Part shown: positions 21,114 through 31,166 of the stretch, piece after piece
Layout: every line of letters starts with the position of its first letter
Numbering within the stretch: position 1 is the stretch's first letter
Assembly: GCA_022763105.1 (NCBI GenBank)
Contig: JALEGK010000030.1
Coordinates: 358-64,357, forward strand
DNA length: 64,000 nucleotides
Direction of reading: 5' to 3'
DNA from: Rickettsiales bacterium
Lineage (GTDB): Bacteria; Pseudomonadota; Alphaproteobacteria; Rickettsiales; UBA3002
The notes under the pieces: generated by a model
Databases searched by the model: none
Seen by the model: only the letters and a program-made list of their open reading frames with translations
Told to the model about the DNA's origin: nothing
Translations under genes and position numbers: made by a program

Positions 21114-21392
21114 CTAGACCTCGAAGCCGTAGCGCTCTTTTAACATCTCTTTGATATCATCGCTTGGCTCTTCGCCGTAGCACGACGCAATGACCTTACC
21201 AAAATCTTCCAGATCGATCATACCGTCACCTTCAATCGCCTGCATAAAAGCAGTCTCACGAGGAGGCTCGACCAGCACAAAGTAATAGGCCCAGCGTCCA
21301 GTCGAGTCTTTCGCCTTTAGCTTGTGAATCAGATGTCCCTTTTTCGAGATAATCTGATCCGCAAAGGATTTCTTCTTTGGAGGTTCAGCCAT
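21114..21392 (-). CDS. small hypothetical protein, homolog of 41589-41951
   Basis: EDFGKVIASCYGEEPSDDIKEMLKERYGF vs EDYGVIVESGVGEPTDEVKQRMHDEYGF. Confidence 0.75.
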   Translation of the reverse strand: MAEPPKKKSFADQIISKKGHLIHKLKAKDSTGRWAYYFVLVEPPRETAFMQAIEGDGMIDLEDFGKVIASCYGEEPSDDIKEMLKERYGFEV

Positions 21393-21551
21393 GATAAATG
21401 CGCGCGTACCCTGTTCGTTTTATAACTATTTCCCTTATAGTTAGGCAAATAGCCCAAAAAATCAACCTGCCTGAGCATATGCCCTCTCAAACCCCTCATT
21501 TTCTGCGCAATGTGGCCTAAACGCACATTCATGCACATTTTCCGGGCGGTC

Positions 21552-21567
21552 TTAACGTCTTTTTAAC
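21552..21567 (+). promoter_or_regulatory. CtrA-box consensus TTAA-N7-TTAAC
   Basis: TTAAcgtctttTTAAC, followed by a TATGCT -10-like element upstream of 21605. Confidence 0.65.
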
Positions 21568-21604
21568 ATATCTATGCTATTGTATAGGCAATAAAAAAGG
21601 AAAA

Positions 21605-21847
21605 GTGAGAGTGACAGAGCGAGACTACACCAAAATTTCGGCAGAAATCATCCAGCCACAAGCAGGGCAGGAGCATGATGCTGTTGAGCAGTCGAAGGAT
21701 GTCGCATCGAACTGGCCGCCGACCGAGATGGTTGTCAATCTGGCAGAAAAAGCCGCATTCAAATTTGCGCGCCGCGAGCATGAATTCGATAATGCCGGTG
21801 CTAAAGATGTCTTGCCTAAGCCGCCTAAGGGCTTCAGCATCGCCTAA
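21605..21847 (+). CDS. small hypothetical protein
   Basis: 80 aa, GTG start with AAGGA RBS, downstream of a CtrA box. Confidence 0.5.
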   Translation: MRVTERDYTKISAEIIQPQAGQEHDAVEQSKDVASNWPPTEMVVNLAEKAAFKFARREHEFDNAGAKDVLPKPPKGFSIA

Positions 21848-21867
21848 TCATTATGTTTCAAAGAATC

Positions 21868-22608
21868 TTAGTGATGACCACCATGTAAATGATGGTGATG
21901 ATGATCGTGGAACATCGAGTGAATCAACCCCGAATGCTTACTATGCGCCGCAAGCACGGTCTTAGACGGCATACCCGTCTCTGGGTGATGCAGAATATGC
22001 GATGAATGACTATGGCGCGGGTCGTATTTCTCTTTAAAAGAGCGCACCTTAGGGTGGTTCATGATGCTGCCTTTAAGTGAGTCAGCATTAAATTGTCCGC
22101 CTGTCTGACCAATATTCGCCACATGCTGCACAGCCATATCAACGACATGTGCAAAAATTTCATGAATTTCCTCTGGTGGAATGCGCAGCGCCATTGAGCC
22201 GCGTAATAGCTCTGCCACGACCTGATGCGCCACCTGAGTGGCCTTAACCACATGGTCGGGGTCTAGTGAAATGCCGCGCTGCTGCTCAAAACTGCGCGCG
22301 CCATCGACCATCATGCTGTCCATTTGCTCATGCATTGTATGCATTTTGCGAATCGCAGCAAGCTGGTCGTCTTTGGTGTTCAGGAAGTGGTTGCGATCAA
22401 CAAATGTGTCATTACTCTCGGTATGTACAGCCTGAGAAGGGCTGCCCACCGATACATTAGCCACTTCGGCACGATCAATCTTTTTCTCGCCGGGGCTGGT
22501 CGCTGCCGGCACAGAAATATTAATCTGGATGACGCTCCCTTTGGGGGCGTTGAACCATTCTGGCATGGCTTCGGTCTGTGATTTCTGTTCTTCCATTGAT
22601 ATCTCCAC
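21868..22608 (-). CDS. hypothetical protein with His-rich C-terminus
   Basis: Ends HSMFHDHHHHHLHGGHH. Confidence 0.7.
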   Translation of the reverse strand: MEISMEEQKSQTEAMPEWFNAPKGSVIQINISVPAATSPGEKKIDRAEVANVSVGSPSQAVHTESNDTFVDRNHFLNTKDDQLAAIRKMHTMHEQMDSMMVDGARSFEQQRGISLDPDHVVKATQVAHQVVAELLRGSMALRIPPEEIHEIFAHVVDMAVQHVANIGQTGGQFNADSLKGSIMNHPKVRSFKEKYDPRHSHSSHILHHPETGMPSKTVLAAHSKHSGLIHSMFHDHHHHHLHGGHH

Positions 22609-22747
22609 ACTCCACTATAACCTAAACCCTTGTCTTTGTTTGTGAATATTGCGTGACAGTTGAGTGTTAATTTTGCAACAAATGTTAACCTTTTAGTCAT
22701 AGTTTTTTGTTAATATTACGCATGGGGTTTTAGGAGTTAAACACACG

Positions 22748-23559
22748 ATGGAATTATTGAATAGATTGCCCAATACCACCAGCGAGATGCTAGAAGCGAT
22801 GGGCGTAGATTTAACCAAAATGCGTGAAGAGGCAGGGGACGAAGTAGCCTTTCAGCATCGTATCCGAATGCTGCCACAAACACATTATGCGAACCGCATG
22901 CTGATGGCGATTCATTTGCGACGCCAAGCGCGCGGTGACAGCGTTGAGATGATGGAATTTGAGTTCTTTCATCCCAATGACCATGACAATGCGGACTATA
23001 TTGCCGCACGGGATGCTGCTTACCTGACGCAGCAATGGCGCGACGAAACCAATAAATACGGGACGATTGAAGCCCGCGGCCAATGAGCCAAACAAGACAA
23101 CGATGGGAGCTAGACTATGCAATATGAAGGTGAACGCTTAGCGGCGGTCTATGCGCGAGAAATCGCGGAAGAGGCGCGCATGGAAGGCGTAGAAGGTGCA
23201 GAGATTTTAGAGCTGATTGCACTATCGCTGCTGCCAGAAGATACGGACTGGCACGAGCTGGACCAGCGCGACACAGCAGAACGCAAGCTGATAGCCGCAG
23301 CGGTCAATGCCCCAACATGCAAGTGCTGCTCGCACAAGATAAAATGTGGCCGGGCGGCGGTCTGCTCAACCATATTATTCAGACATTGGGCACGCCTGCT
23401 AATCTTCGCAAAGCACAAGCAGCCATCGATGCGAGCGATCCGGGCATCCGCGCGATTCTCGATCTGGCTAAGGCACAGGTTAAAGAAGATAAGCTGGCTG
23501 ATGTCGCATCGAATTTAGGGAATCATCCGCCGGGTGACAAACCAACGCGCGGTCGATAG
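22748..23559 (+). pseudogene. frameshifted hypothetical gene(s): ORFs 22748-23086, 23117-23518, 23317-23559
   Basis: One extra C in the CCCC at 23310-23313 fuses ...AAAVNAP to NMQVLLAQ...KPTRGR. ORFs 22748 and 23117 share a frame and are separated by two stops. Confidence 0.5.
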
Positions 23560-23584
23560 CGACCTTCTCATAAAGTGATACTAT

Positions 23585-24814
23585 TTATTGTTTCATGATG
23601 TCGCCCGCACTCATGCCGGCCACCGAATGTGCTTGTAAAATCGAGCGGCCATACCTGACGGTTGCGGCGGTGAAGACGATGTCGGGATCATCTTGAGCAA
23701 TGGCGCTCATAAGCGCACCACTTTCCATCAAATGATTATCGAGCTGATCAGGCGAGCATTCTTTAGCGACATCTTGTGCTGCACGGCACGGGTTAATGGC
23801 GCGGCGCGTGGTTTCTAAAAAGGTATGCGCAAACCCCATCCCAGGAATGGGCGCTTCTTTGCTATCTAACACGCTGATGCTGTTATTGCCTGCACGGCTT
23901 GGCTGGCCTTGCGTGATGGCATGGTCTTTTATAAAGCGGTTCGCTTGGCTCAGCGATTGTAATTTCTCATCGACATCTTGGCCGGTATTCTGATCATCGG
24001 CACATAGTGGACGCGCATGAAGTTGCTCGGGGCACGCACCAGACTCTACGGCCTTTGCAAAGCCGATCTGATCTGGGCTAGCAGGGCGAAATAAATCACT
24101 TCGATGCTCTTTGATAAAGGCGAGCATCTGATCAAGGCGGCGGGTCGCCTCAGGCGTTGGCGATAGTTCCACATCTTCAAGCAGCAACGCCTCAGATAAA
24201 GGAATACGGAAATTGCCACTGCCATCATTCATCGGGCGCACAGGGCTATGCTCATCGATCTCCTCATCTTCCATGCCTGCGACTAAGTGGGCGGGCACAT
24301 CTTGAGGGCGTGCGACGGCGCCATATTCGTCATATTGAGACGGCACATGATAGCTGCCTTTTGGAAAGTCAATCGGACCGAATGCTAATTGGACAAGCCC
24401 GGCAAAGGCTTGCAAATGGCGCTGATAATCGGGATTGGAAAACAGGTCACGCTCAATCTCTTCGGCGATGCTCTTAAATTCGCTGTAACCATGTTCGGGA
24501 GTGCGCGCTTCAAGCACAGCTCCGATATCATCTAATATCTTGTTGGCAACATACAGCCGTCCAAAATAATTCATCTCCGGCATCGGAGGTTGCGAGGTAA
24601 TCGAAAGTAGCTTTTCCTGATATTGCGCGACCAGTGTTGGGGCCGCACTTGCTAAGCTGACGCGCTGCGTTGACGGGCCATCACTAAGCGCCATACTGCC
24701 AGGCACAGACGTGGTGACTTGTATGTCTTTCATATCATCAGCCAACAGATTCAGCATCATCTGAACATGCTGTGGTTCCATCTCATAGCGTTTTGATCTG
24801 CGTCCTGTAACCAT
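23585..24814 (-). CDS. hypothetical protein, paralog of 24820-26274
   Basis: Shared blocks NLLADD/NLIADD, PDYQRHLQAF/PEYQNHLRAY, YHVPSQY/YHIPEQY, HRSDLFRP/HRDALFMP. Confidence 0.75.
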   Translation of the reverse strand: MVTGRRSKRYEMEPQHVQMMLNLLADDMKDIQVTTSVPGSMALSDGPSTQRVSLASAAPTLVAQYQEKLLSITSQPPMPEMNYFGRLYVANKILDDIGAVLEARTPEHGYSEFKSIAEEIERDLFSNPDYQRHLQAFAGLVQLAFGPIDFPKGSYHVPSQYDEYGAVARPQDVPAHLVAGMEDEEIDEHSPVRPMNDGSGNFRIPLSEALLLEDVELSPTPEATRRLDQMLAFIKEHRSDLFRPASPDQIGFAKAVESGACPEQLHARPLCADDQNTGQDVDEKLQSLSQANRFIKDHAITQGQPSRAGNNSISVLDSKEAPIPGMGFAHTFLETTRRAINPCRAAQDVAKECSPDQLDNHLMESGALMSAIAQDDPDIVFTAATVRYGRSILQAHSVAGMSAGDIMKQ

Positions 24815-24819
24815 AATTC

Positions 24820-26274
24820 CTACTGTTTTATCGGGCCATTGCCTCGCCCCATTCCGAGTGCCGCAGTAGAGCTAATCGCACCGCCATGCGACACACGTGT
24901 TTCACCTAACATAAAATCACCGGACTCCATCTCTAAATCGCGCGTATCATCTGCATTGGCATGTGCTTCGAGTTTTAAGAAGCTTTGTGTCCAAGCACGC
25001 TTGAGTTTAGTGGGGGATAAGCGCGGCTCAAACGCATGCTCCGTCATATCGAGTAAGGTGCGAGAAAACGCAACCGCTGGCATGGCATCATCCGGATTCA
25101 TCATATTGCGAATCCGTTTTCTGCGCCCGCCACGCGCTTCCATTTCTGAGCGCTGCGCCATATCACGCAAGGTTTTTGCACCATTACCAAGCACGGCTAG
25201 TTTCGACTCTACGCCTTTATGTGTGTTATTGTCATGAGTGCTTAAATCATCAAACGGCGCATCCACCAGATCGCGGCGCTCTACATCGATATGCTGAATC
25301 TGGTGCGGTTGTAACGGCATGAAAAGCGCATCGCGATGCGTATCTAAATGATGCATCATGCGCGATAGTCGAATCGATGCTTCGGCAGAAGGGTCAAGCT
25401 TGACGCCTTCAATTTGCATGCGATGCGATAAGGTCAGTGATTCGCCTTCATCCTCAATGTCATGCTCGTCATCATCTAGCTCTTCGCCTGCTTCTTTTTC
25501 ATCTTCAACGGCTGTATCTGGTGTGTGCTCTGCTGCGACGCGATCATCGGAAGCGACTTCTGCATCGGCTAAATCAATATCGGCTGGGTTTTCTGGCTCG
25601 CTATAAATATCTGCTACATCACGATTAGCGGGAGGCATATCTTTAAGCTCAACAGGACGATCTTTAACATCGCTACCGGCAGCATCCATCAGCCCGATAT
25701 CTTTAGGCTGCTCGCCCGGCTCATCTTCAAGAGCGGAATCATCGAAATGACTGAAATCGAAACGCGCATATTGTTCGGGAATATGATAGGTGGAATGAAG
25801 CTCGACCGGCTCAACTGCCAGCTTTACTAATTGCGAGTAAGCGCGCAAATGATTCTGATATTCAGGAGAGTGAAACCATTCGCAATAATCGTCGACGGCT
25901 TTGCGCAAGCTCTGCGCCGTAAAGCCTTCACCTGTTTGCGATTCGAGGAAGAAGACAAAATCATGCCGCATTTTGAAGGAAATAAAATTCCGTGTGAAAT
26001 TACCCGCTTCAGCCAACTCACCCTTATGCATGGCCGAGAAAAATAAACGCGCCACACGGTCACCACAATCAGGGTAGAGTAACTCAATATCATGGGACGA
26101 ATAACGATCCGTAGCCGGGTTATAAGACATGACCGAGATGTGCCCCACATCATCAGCAATCAGATTCAGCACATTTGTTGCCGCCTGCGATGACATCACA
26201 TGCTCATCATGGCCAGTGATCACCGAATCGGTTGGCTGAGTCTGATCTTCATTCTGTTCGTCGTCGTCGGACAT
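24820..26274 (-). CDS. hypothetical acidic protein, paralog of 23585-24814
   Basis: Likely start MSDDDEQ at 26274; carries a longer acidic insertion than its paralog. Confidence 0.75.
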   Translation of the reverse strand: MSDDDEQNEDQTQPTDSVITGHDEHVMSSQAATNVLNLIADDVGHISVMSYNPATDRYSSHDIELLYPDCGDRVARLFFSAMHKGELAEAGNFTRNFISFKMRHDFVFFLESQTGEGFTAQSLRKAVDDYCEWFHSPEYQNHLRAYSQLVKLAVEPVELHSTYHIPEQYARFDFSHFDDSALEDEPGEQPKDIGLMDAAGSDVKDRPVELKDMPPANRDVADIYSEPENPADIDLADAEVASDDRVAAEHTPDTAVEDEKEAGEELDDDEHDIEDEGESLTLSHRMQIEGVKLDPSAEASIRLSRMMHHLDTHRDALFMPLQPHQIQHIDVERRDLVDAPFDDLSTHDNNTHKGVESKLAVLGNGAKTLRDMAQRSEMEARGGRRKRIRNMMNPDDAMPAVAFSRTLLDMTEHAFEPRLSPTKLKRAWTQSFLKLEAHANADDTRDLEMESGDFMLGETRVSHGGAISSTAALGMGRGNGPIKQ

Positions 26275-26328
26275 TTCATCTCCCGCGCGAATTGCACCGC
26301 CTACAGTATATAGATAAGGAGCCGTCAT

Positions 26329-27240
26329 ATGCGTGACAATTCGATGAAAGATGCCGGATTGCGAACCCAGCTTGAACGCATGATAATTAACGATTTTTGC
26401 GGCTTTTTAAGCTATGGCTTCGCGATTTTGAATCCAAACCGCGCTTACCAGCATAATTGGCATATCGAGCTGATTTCTGAGTATTTAAAAGCTATTGAGC
26501 AGGGCCAAATCACGCGCCTTATTATCAATTTACCGCCCCGATCACTCAAATCGACGATGATATCGGTCGCATGGCCCGCATGGTTGCTGGCACATAACCC
26601 CAGCATGCAGATTATGGCGGCAAGCTATAGCCAACAACTCGCCGATAAACATAGCCAGGATTGCCGCATGATCGTGCAATCTGAAGCTTACCAGAGGTGT
26701 TTTTCTGACACCAAACTATGCCGCACACAAAATGAAAAACATAAATGGATGACGAGCAAACGCGGCATGCGACTCGCCACCAGTATCTGGGGGTCAGCCA
26801 CAGGTGAGGGCGGCGATATCCTCATCGCCGATGATGTGATGAACGCGCTGCAAGCGCAAAGCGCAATGGCGAGAGCGAGCATCAATGATTGGTTTGATCA
26901 TACCTTTGCCACACGGCTGAATGACAAAAAGAAAGGCGCGATTATTGTGGTGATGCAACGGCTGCATGAAGACGATACAACGGGGCATTTACTGCAAAAA
27001 GGCGGGTGGGAGCATCTGTGCCTGCCAGCGATGGCCGAGCAAACGCTACGCTATCAGATGAATGGCAAAACATGGACACGCAAACGCGGCAGCCTGCTGC
27101 ATGCCAAACGCGAAAACACCAAGCTGATTGAGCGCGCAAAGACAGAGCTTGGCTCGGCGCATTTTAATGCGCAATACCAACAAAACCCGCTACCACAAGG
27201 CGGTGGCATGATAGAGCTGGATTGGTTTGTTAGGTTTTAA
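26329..27240 (+). CDS. terL: terminase large subunit, N-terminal ATPase half
   Basis: LIINLPPRSLKS (Walker A variant), GEGGDILIADD (Walker B), VMQRLHEDD, FNAQYQQNP; stops at the interdomain linker. Confidence 0.9.
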   Translation: MRDNSMKDAGLRTQLERMIINDFCGFLSYGFAILNPNRAYQHNWHIELISEYLKAIEQGQITRLIINLPPRSLKSTMISVAWPAWLLAHNPSMQIMAASYSQQLADKHSQDCRMIVQSEAYQRCFSDTKLCRTQNEKHKWMTSKRGMRLATSIWGSATGEGGDILIADDVMNALQAQSAMARASINDWFDHTFATRLNDKKKGAIIVVMQRLHEDDTTGHLLQKGGWEHLCLPAMAEQTLRYQMNGKTWTRKRGSLLHAKRENTKLIERAKTELGSAHFNAQYQQNPLPQGGGMIELDWFVRF

Positions 27241-27246
27241 TTGAGC

Positions 27247-27984
27247 TTAGGCGACGCCTTCGCCTGGCCCACCTTTAGGGCGGCGGTCTTCGATATCTGG
27301 TCGCTGCACGCCATCATCCATGCCAGCGAGCTTAATATCAGGATGGCCCAAGTCTTTACCATCAACAGCACTTTGTTTGCCCAAGCCAAAACCAAAACGA
27401 TTAACATCGCCTACACTGCCGTCTTCGAGTTGCTTGAAAAGCTCATCCATTGATTTAATCGTGCCACCACTCGGTGATATGGATATGAAACTTTTTAAAG
27501 TTGGCGGAGTTTCGCCTGGCTTGTAATCCATTTTATGGCCTCGAGCGAGACCGCGCATATATTCTACTGATTGGAAAAGTTGAATGCCGCCACGGTCAAA
27601 TTGCTGATATTCTTTTTCGATCTGATCCCTTAACATTCTAAAGCCTAATCTGTATTCACCAGCATTCTCACGCCAGTCATTTGAGTTAGCTTCTAACGCT
27701 GGTAAATTTTCAAGGCGGCGACCATAGCCATTCCATACTTGTTCGCGCATACTGTCGATGACGGTTTGAAAGCCGCCTCGGTAATCTGGTGGAGAGGTTT
27801 TATCTGCTTCGGTTTTTACCAAACGACGAAAGGCATTGAGATCATCATTGCTCATCGTACGGAACATGTCCGATATTAACCCGTTCACGCGTTCGACAGC
27901 CTGTCTGGCATCTTTATAATGCGCATAATTATGCCTGTCCTTAGAGGCGAGTGATTGATAGGTCATTCCCGATAAATCGGCCAT
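27247..27984 (-). CDS. hypothetical protein inserted between the two terL halves
   Basis: 245 aa, AGGAG RBS, ends RRPKGGPGEGVA. Confidence 0.75.
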   Translation of the reverse strand: MADLSGMTYQSLASKDRHNYAHYKDARQAVERVNGLISDMFRTMSNDDLNAFRRLVKTEADKTSPPDYRGGFQTVIDSMREQVWNGYGRRLENLPALEANSNDWRENAGEYRLGFRMLRDQIEKEYQQFDRGGIQLFQSVEYMRGLARGHKMDYKPGETPPTLKSFISISPSGGTIKSMDELFKQLEDGSVGDVNRFGFGLGKQSAVDGKDLGHPDIKLAGMDDGVQRPDIEDRRPKGGPGEGVA

Positions 27985-28048
27985 CGCGCTAACTCCTACT
28001 TTCTTATTTTTCTGCCCTTACAGCTTAACATCAAGAGGTTAACACTTT

Positions 28049-28540
28049 ATGAAAATTACCCAATCATGGGACACGGCAATTAAGTCGGGTTCTCAGCATG
28101 ATAGAAGCGTCTGCGCGACCTTTGAAAAGGCCGAAGGTGCACCGCATAAACTCATCGATATATGGGCGGCGCGCGTGGAATATCCGGCTCTAAAACGCCA
28201 AGTGATCGAGTTGGCCGCTAAATTTCAGCCGCATGCCATTTTGATCGAAGATAAGGCATCGGGCCAATCGCTCATTCAGGATCTGCGGCGCGATACCGAT
28301 TTGCCGATTCTACCCATCATGCCCAAAGGCGATAAAATCACGCGCGTGGCACAAATCACCCCAATGATAGAAGCAGGATTGATCGCGCTGCCTAAGCACG
28401 CCCATTGGCTTGCAGATTTTGAAGCGGAGATAGCAGGGTTCCCGAATGCATCACACGATGATCAGGTCGATGCGTTCTCGCAATATCTGAATTGGGTGCG
28501 TGCGCAAAGCTGGCAACAAACGAAGATTCGTACGCTCTAA
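28049..28540 (+). CDS. terL: terminase large subunit, C-terminal nuclease half
   Basis: TQSWDTA, ILIEDKASGQSLIQDL, DKITR, FPNASHDDQVDAFSQ; own ATG with GAGG RBS. Confidence 0.9.
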   Translation: MKITQSWDTAIKSGSQHDRSVCATFEKAEGAPHKLIDIWAARVEYPALKRQVIELAAKFQPHAILIEDKASGQSLIQDLRRDTDLPILPIMPKGDKITRVAQITPMIEAGLIALPKHAHWLADFEAEIAGFPNASHDDQVDAFSQYLNWVRAQSWQQTKIRTL

Positions 28541-29268
28541 CCCATCGGTGGCAGATCGCTTCCTGCCTCTCGTTTTGGAGGCGGGTTAGGTAGGGTGCCG
28601 TGCCATTCGCTGACCGCTATTTCAGCCATATCGCACATATGGGCAGCAAATTGACACAGCGCCTGACCATTAGGACTCATCGACTTAAGCTTGCCTTGCG
28701 AATTGAGGGCGCTACGGATTTCGTCGGCGCGTCCTTCAATCTGTTCACGCAATAAGCCAATTGCGGCGCTCGCTTCTTCATATTGTCCTGCTGCTGGAGC
28801 TTCCTCATCACTATTGTCGTTTGCTGCCGCGCTAAGAGAGTTAAAAAAGCGCGCCTGATTGACAGCCTTACGGTATGCTTGCGTTTCGTTATGTACAGCG
28901 GTTAGCGCGCGCTCCCACATGCCGTCATTGAGCGTAAAATAAGTGTCATCAGCGGTAATCGCCTCGGCAGAATAATTATCACCACTCAGATCAGCAGCAA
29001 TGTTCATGAGATGCTTGCTGGAATCCAGATAATGCTTCACCACCATCCAATGCGCATCATCGACATTGGCGACTTCGGGTAAACATTCAACCATCGCGCG
29101 CTCATCGGTCAATGCTTCTTGCACGTTGAATTCGGCTTTCTTAGGTGGGTTGCTTAGCACTTCGATAATCTCTGGTGCGGGGCGACGTTCTGACCATTGC
29201 GGCCCATCATAAAGCCATGAGAAGATCGTATCGATTGGGGATTTAATATATTGCTGACCCATGATCAC
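28537..29268 (-). CDS. hypothetical protein, paralog of 29265-29999
   Basis: Shared SAEAIT..D.YF, ALN.Q..LKSMSP, SEWH...P.PPK. Confidence 0.75.
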   Translation of the reverse strand: MIMGQQYIKSPIDTIFSWLYDGPQWSERRPAPEIIEVLSNPPKKAEFNVQEALTDERAMVECLPEVANVDDAHWMVVKHYLDSSKHLMNIAADLSGDNYSAEAITADDTYFTLNDGMWERALTAVHNETQAYRKAVNQARFFNSLSAAANDNSDEEAPAAGQYEEASAAIGLLREQIEGRADEIRSALNSQGKLKSMSPNGQALCQFAAHMCDMAEIAVSEWHGTLPNPPPKREAGSDLPPMG

Positions 29269-29999
29269 CCTCCACCAAGCGGCGATCTGTCTGGCAGTTC
29301 TTTAAGATTCTTAGGAGGAACTGGCGGCATTTTGGAATGCCATTCAGAGGCGACAATCTTCGCCTGATCTAGAAAGGTGTTGGCATATTCAAACATGGCA
29401 GCCGATGTTGGGCTCATCGATTTGAGGTGGTTCTGTGCATTGAGCGCATCCTGAATCTCTGACTGGCGCGCTGCGATATTATGCTCTAACGCATCGAATG
29501 CCAGATTGCATGATTCATATTGCTGCTCCGGTGTAATCGATTCATCGACGACACCCTGAACACCAATCGCCGTATTGCCATATAGCGCGCGGTTAACGCT
29601 CATGCGGTAATATTGCGCTTCGGTATGGGTTTGTCGCAAATTATCGCGCAGCACATCGTCATTTCCCAAAAAATACACATCGGAATTGGTGATCGCCTCT
29701 GCGGAGTTCGGGTCTTTGGCATAAGCCGCAGCAATCTCCATTAGCCCAGTGCTTGCCTCAATATGATGTTCAATCACCTTGGCAAAGGCTTCATCTTCAT
29801 TCTGTGCGACGCTTAATTCGTCTATTCGTCGATGCTCATTCTCACGCGCATCACTCACCGCTGTAATCAGAAATTGACCGCTTGGACGGCTCAAATGACT
29901 ACGGATTTCTGTCGGCGTGCGCTGGTGCCGCAATTGCGGATCAACATGCTCCCAAGGGAACAATGTTTGAATAGGGTCTGTGATAAAGCGGTTCACCAT
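29265..29999 (-). CDS. hypothetical protein, paralog of 28537-29268
   Basis: 244 aa vs 243 aa, colinear similarity; ends DRSPLGGG. Confidence 0.75.
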   Translation of the reverse strand: MVNRFITDPIQTLFPWEHVDPQLRHQRTPTEIRSHLSRPSGQFLITAVSDARENEHRRIDELSVAQNEDEAFAKVIEHHIEASTGLMEIAAAYAKDPNSAEAITNSDVYFLGNDDVLRDNLRQTHTEAQYYRMSVNRALYGNTAIGVQGVVDESITPEQQYESCNLAFDALEHNIAARQSEIQDALNAQNHLKSMSPTSAAMFEYANTFLDQAKIVASEWHSKMPPVPPKNLKELPDRSPLGGG

Positions 30000-30162
30000 C
30001 CTTTTAGAACTAGCGCTAAAATGTTGAAAAAGCGTTAAGTTGAACGCTTTTCGTCATGTTTTTGTCATCGAAACTTCACAACATAGCCCCGTATCCCTTG
30101 CTATACTGGAACTATGGCTATCCATAGCTTCGGCTATGGCGTGGCGTATGAATAACAAATGA

Positions 30163-31131
30163 ATGGACGAAATGACCGAAGAAAAAACACGGTTGGAATT
30201 GCAAAAAGAGCGCTATGAACGCGCGCTGGAGCTGTCTGAAGAAAAAGACGAGCTGCCCGCAATTGCGACCGAAGATTATCATGGCCCCTCTGAAGCAGTC
30301 ACCGCGATGGTACGCGGTTCGATTCTGGGTGCGGTCGGGTATTTCGGCGGTAGGGCTTTCGGTAATGCACTCTATCCGGGCGCTGCAAGAGCGAGCGGTG
30401 GACATGATTTAACCCGCAAGCTGTTCCGCTATACCGGTGCGGGTATCTTGGGTGTTATGGGCGTGCATAGCGGGTCTAAGCAGGTGCGCGATACACGTAG
30501 CCAAACACGACGCATGCAGACGACCATCACCAAAATGTACAAAAAGAACGAAGCCCTGAAAGAAGAGCTAAAAGCACAGCTTAAAGGTCAGGGGCGATTA
30601 AACGCATCGGATGTTGATGCGGTTGAAGAAAACCAGATGAATAAGGTCGTGGAAGAGGTGGCTGAAGAAGTACAAGTGCCGCTACCAGACGAGAAGCAAG
30701 TAGTAGAAGCCACCGAAGCTGCTGAAGCGGTGGATGCAGATGAAATCACTGACCTGAACGAAGATATGGCGGAAGCCATGGCCGACCAAGATGGCACGGA
30801 TAAAAGCGAAGCTGCGGGCCAAGCCGATGACGGGCTGGTCGATGACGAGGTAGCGCAGCCGGAGGAGCAAGGACTAGATGAGCAAGGGCTGGATGAGCCA
30901 GAGCCAGAAGAGCAAGAATCTATAGATGTGGCCGATTTAGAGGAAGAAGAGCGCGGCTTTGATCATGACGATGAAGAGCAACGCAAATCAGCAAAAGGAT
31001 CGGGCAAGAAAGACCCGCAAATTGCGAAAGATAATGACGCAGAATTAGGCGATGACCCTGAAACGCAAATCAGCATGCAGGGTATGCAGCACGAAGTCGT
31101 AGGACAGCACGAGCAACAGCTCGGCGCATAA
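30163..31131 (+). CDS. hypothetical protein: Gly-rich hydrophobic helices, coiled coil, acidic tail
   Basis: GSILGAVGYFGG and GAGILGVMG segments; ends PETQISMQGMQHEVVGQHEQQLGA. Confidence 0.75.
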   Translation: MDEMTEEKTRLELQKERYERALELSEEKDELPAIATEDYHGPSEAVTAMVRGSILGAVGYFGGRAFGNALYPGAARASGGHDLTRKLFRYTGAGILGVMGVHSGSKQVRDTRSQTRRMQTTITKMYKKNEALKEELKAQLKGQGRLNASDVDAVEENQMNKVVEEVAEEVQVPLPDEKQVVEATEAAEAVDADEITDLNEDMAEAMADQDGTDKSEAAGQADDGLVDDEVAQPEEQGLDEQGLDEPEPEEQESIDVADLEEEERGFDHDDEEQRKSAKGSGKKDPQIAKDNDAELGDDPETQISMQGMQHEVVGQHEQQLGA

Positions 31132-31166
31132 ATGTCAGTACAATTTTTTCAGTATAATATAGAGAA

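Noticed and set aside
28025-28043. CtrA box upstream of the TerL nuclease half
   Set aside because: The spacing is TTAA-N10-TTAAC, not N7.
27241-28048. Intron, intein or IS element interrupting terL
   Set aside because: The insert is an antisense ORF without transposase, RT or homing-endonuclease motifs. No terminal repeats or target duplication were seen, and the downstream half has its own RBS and ATG.
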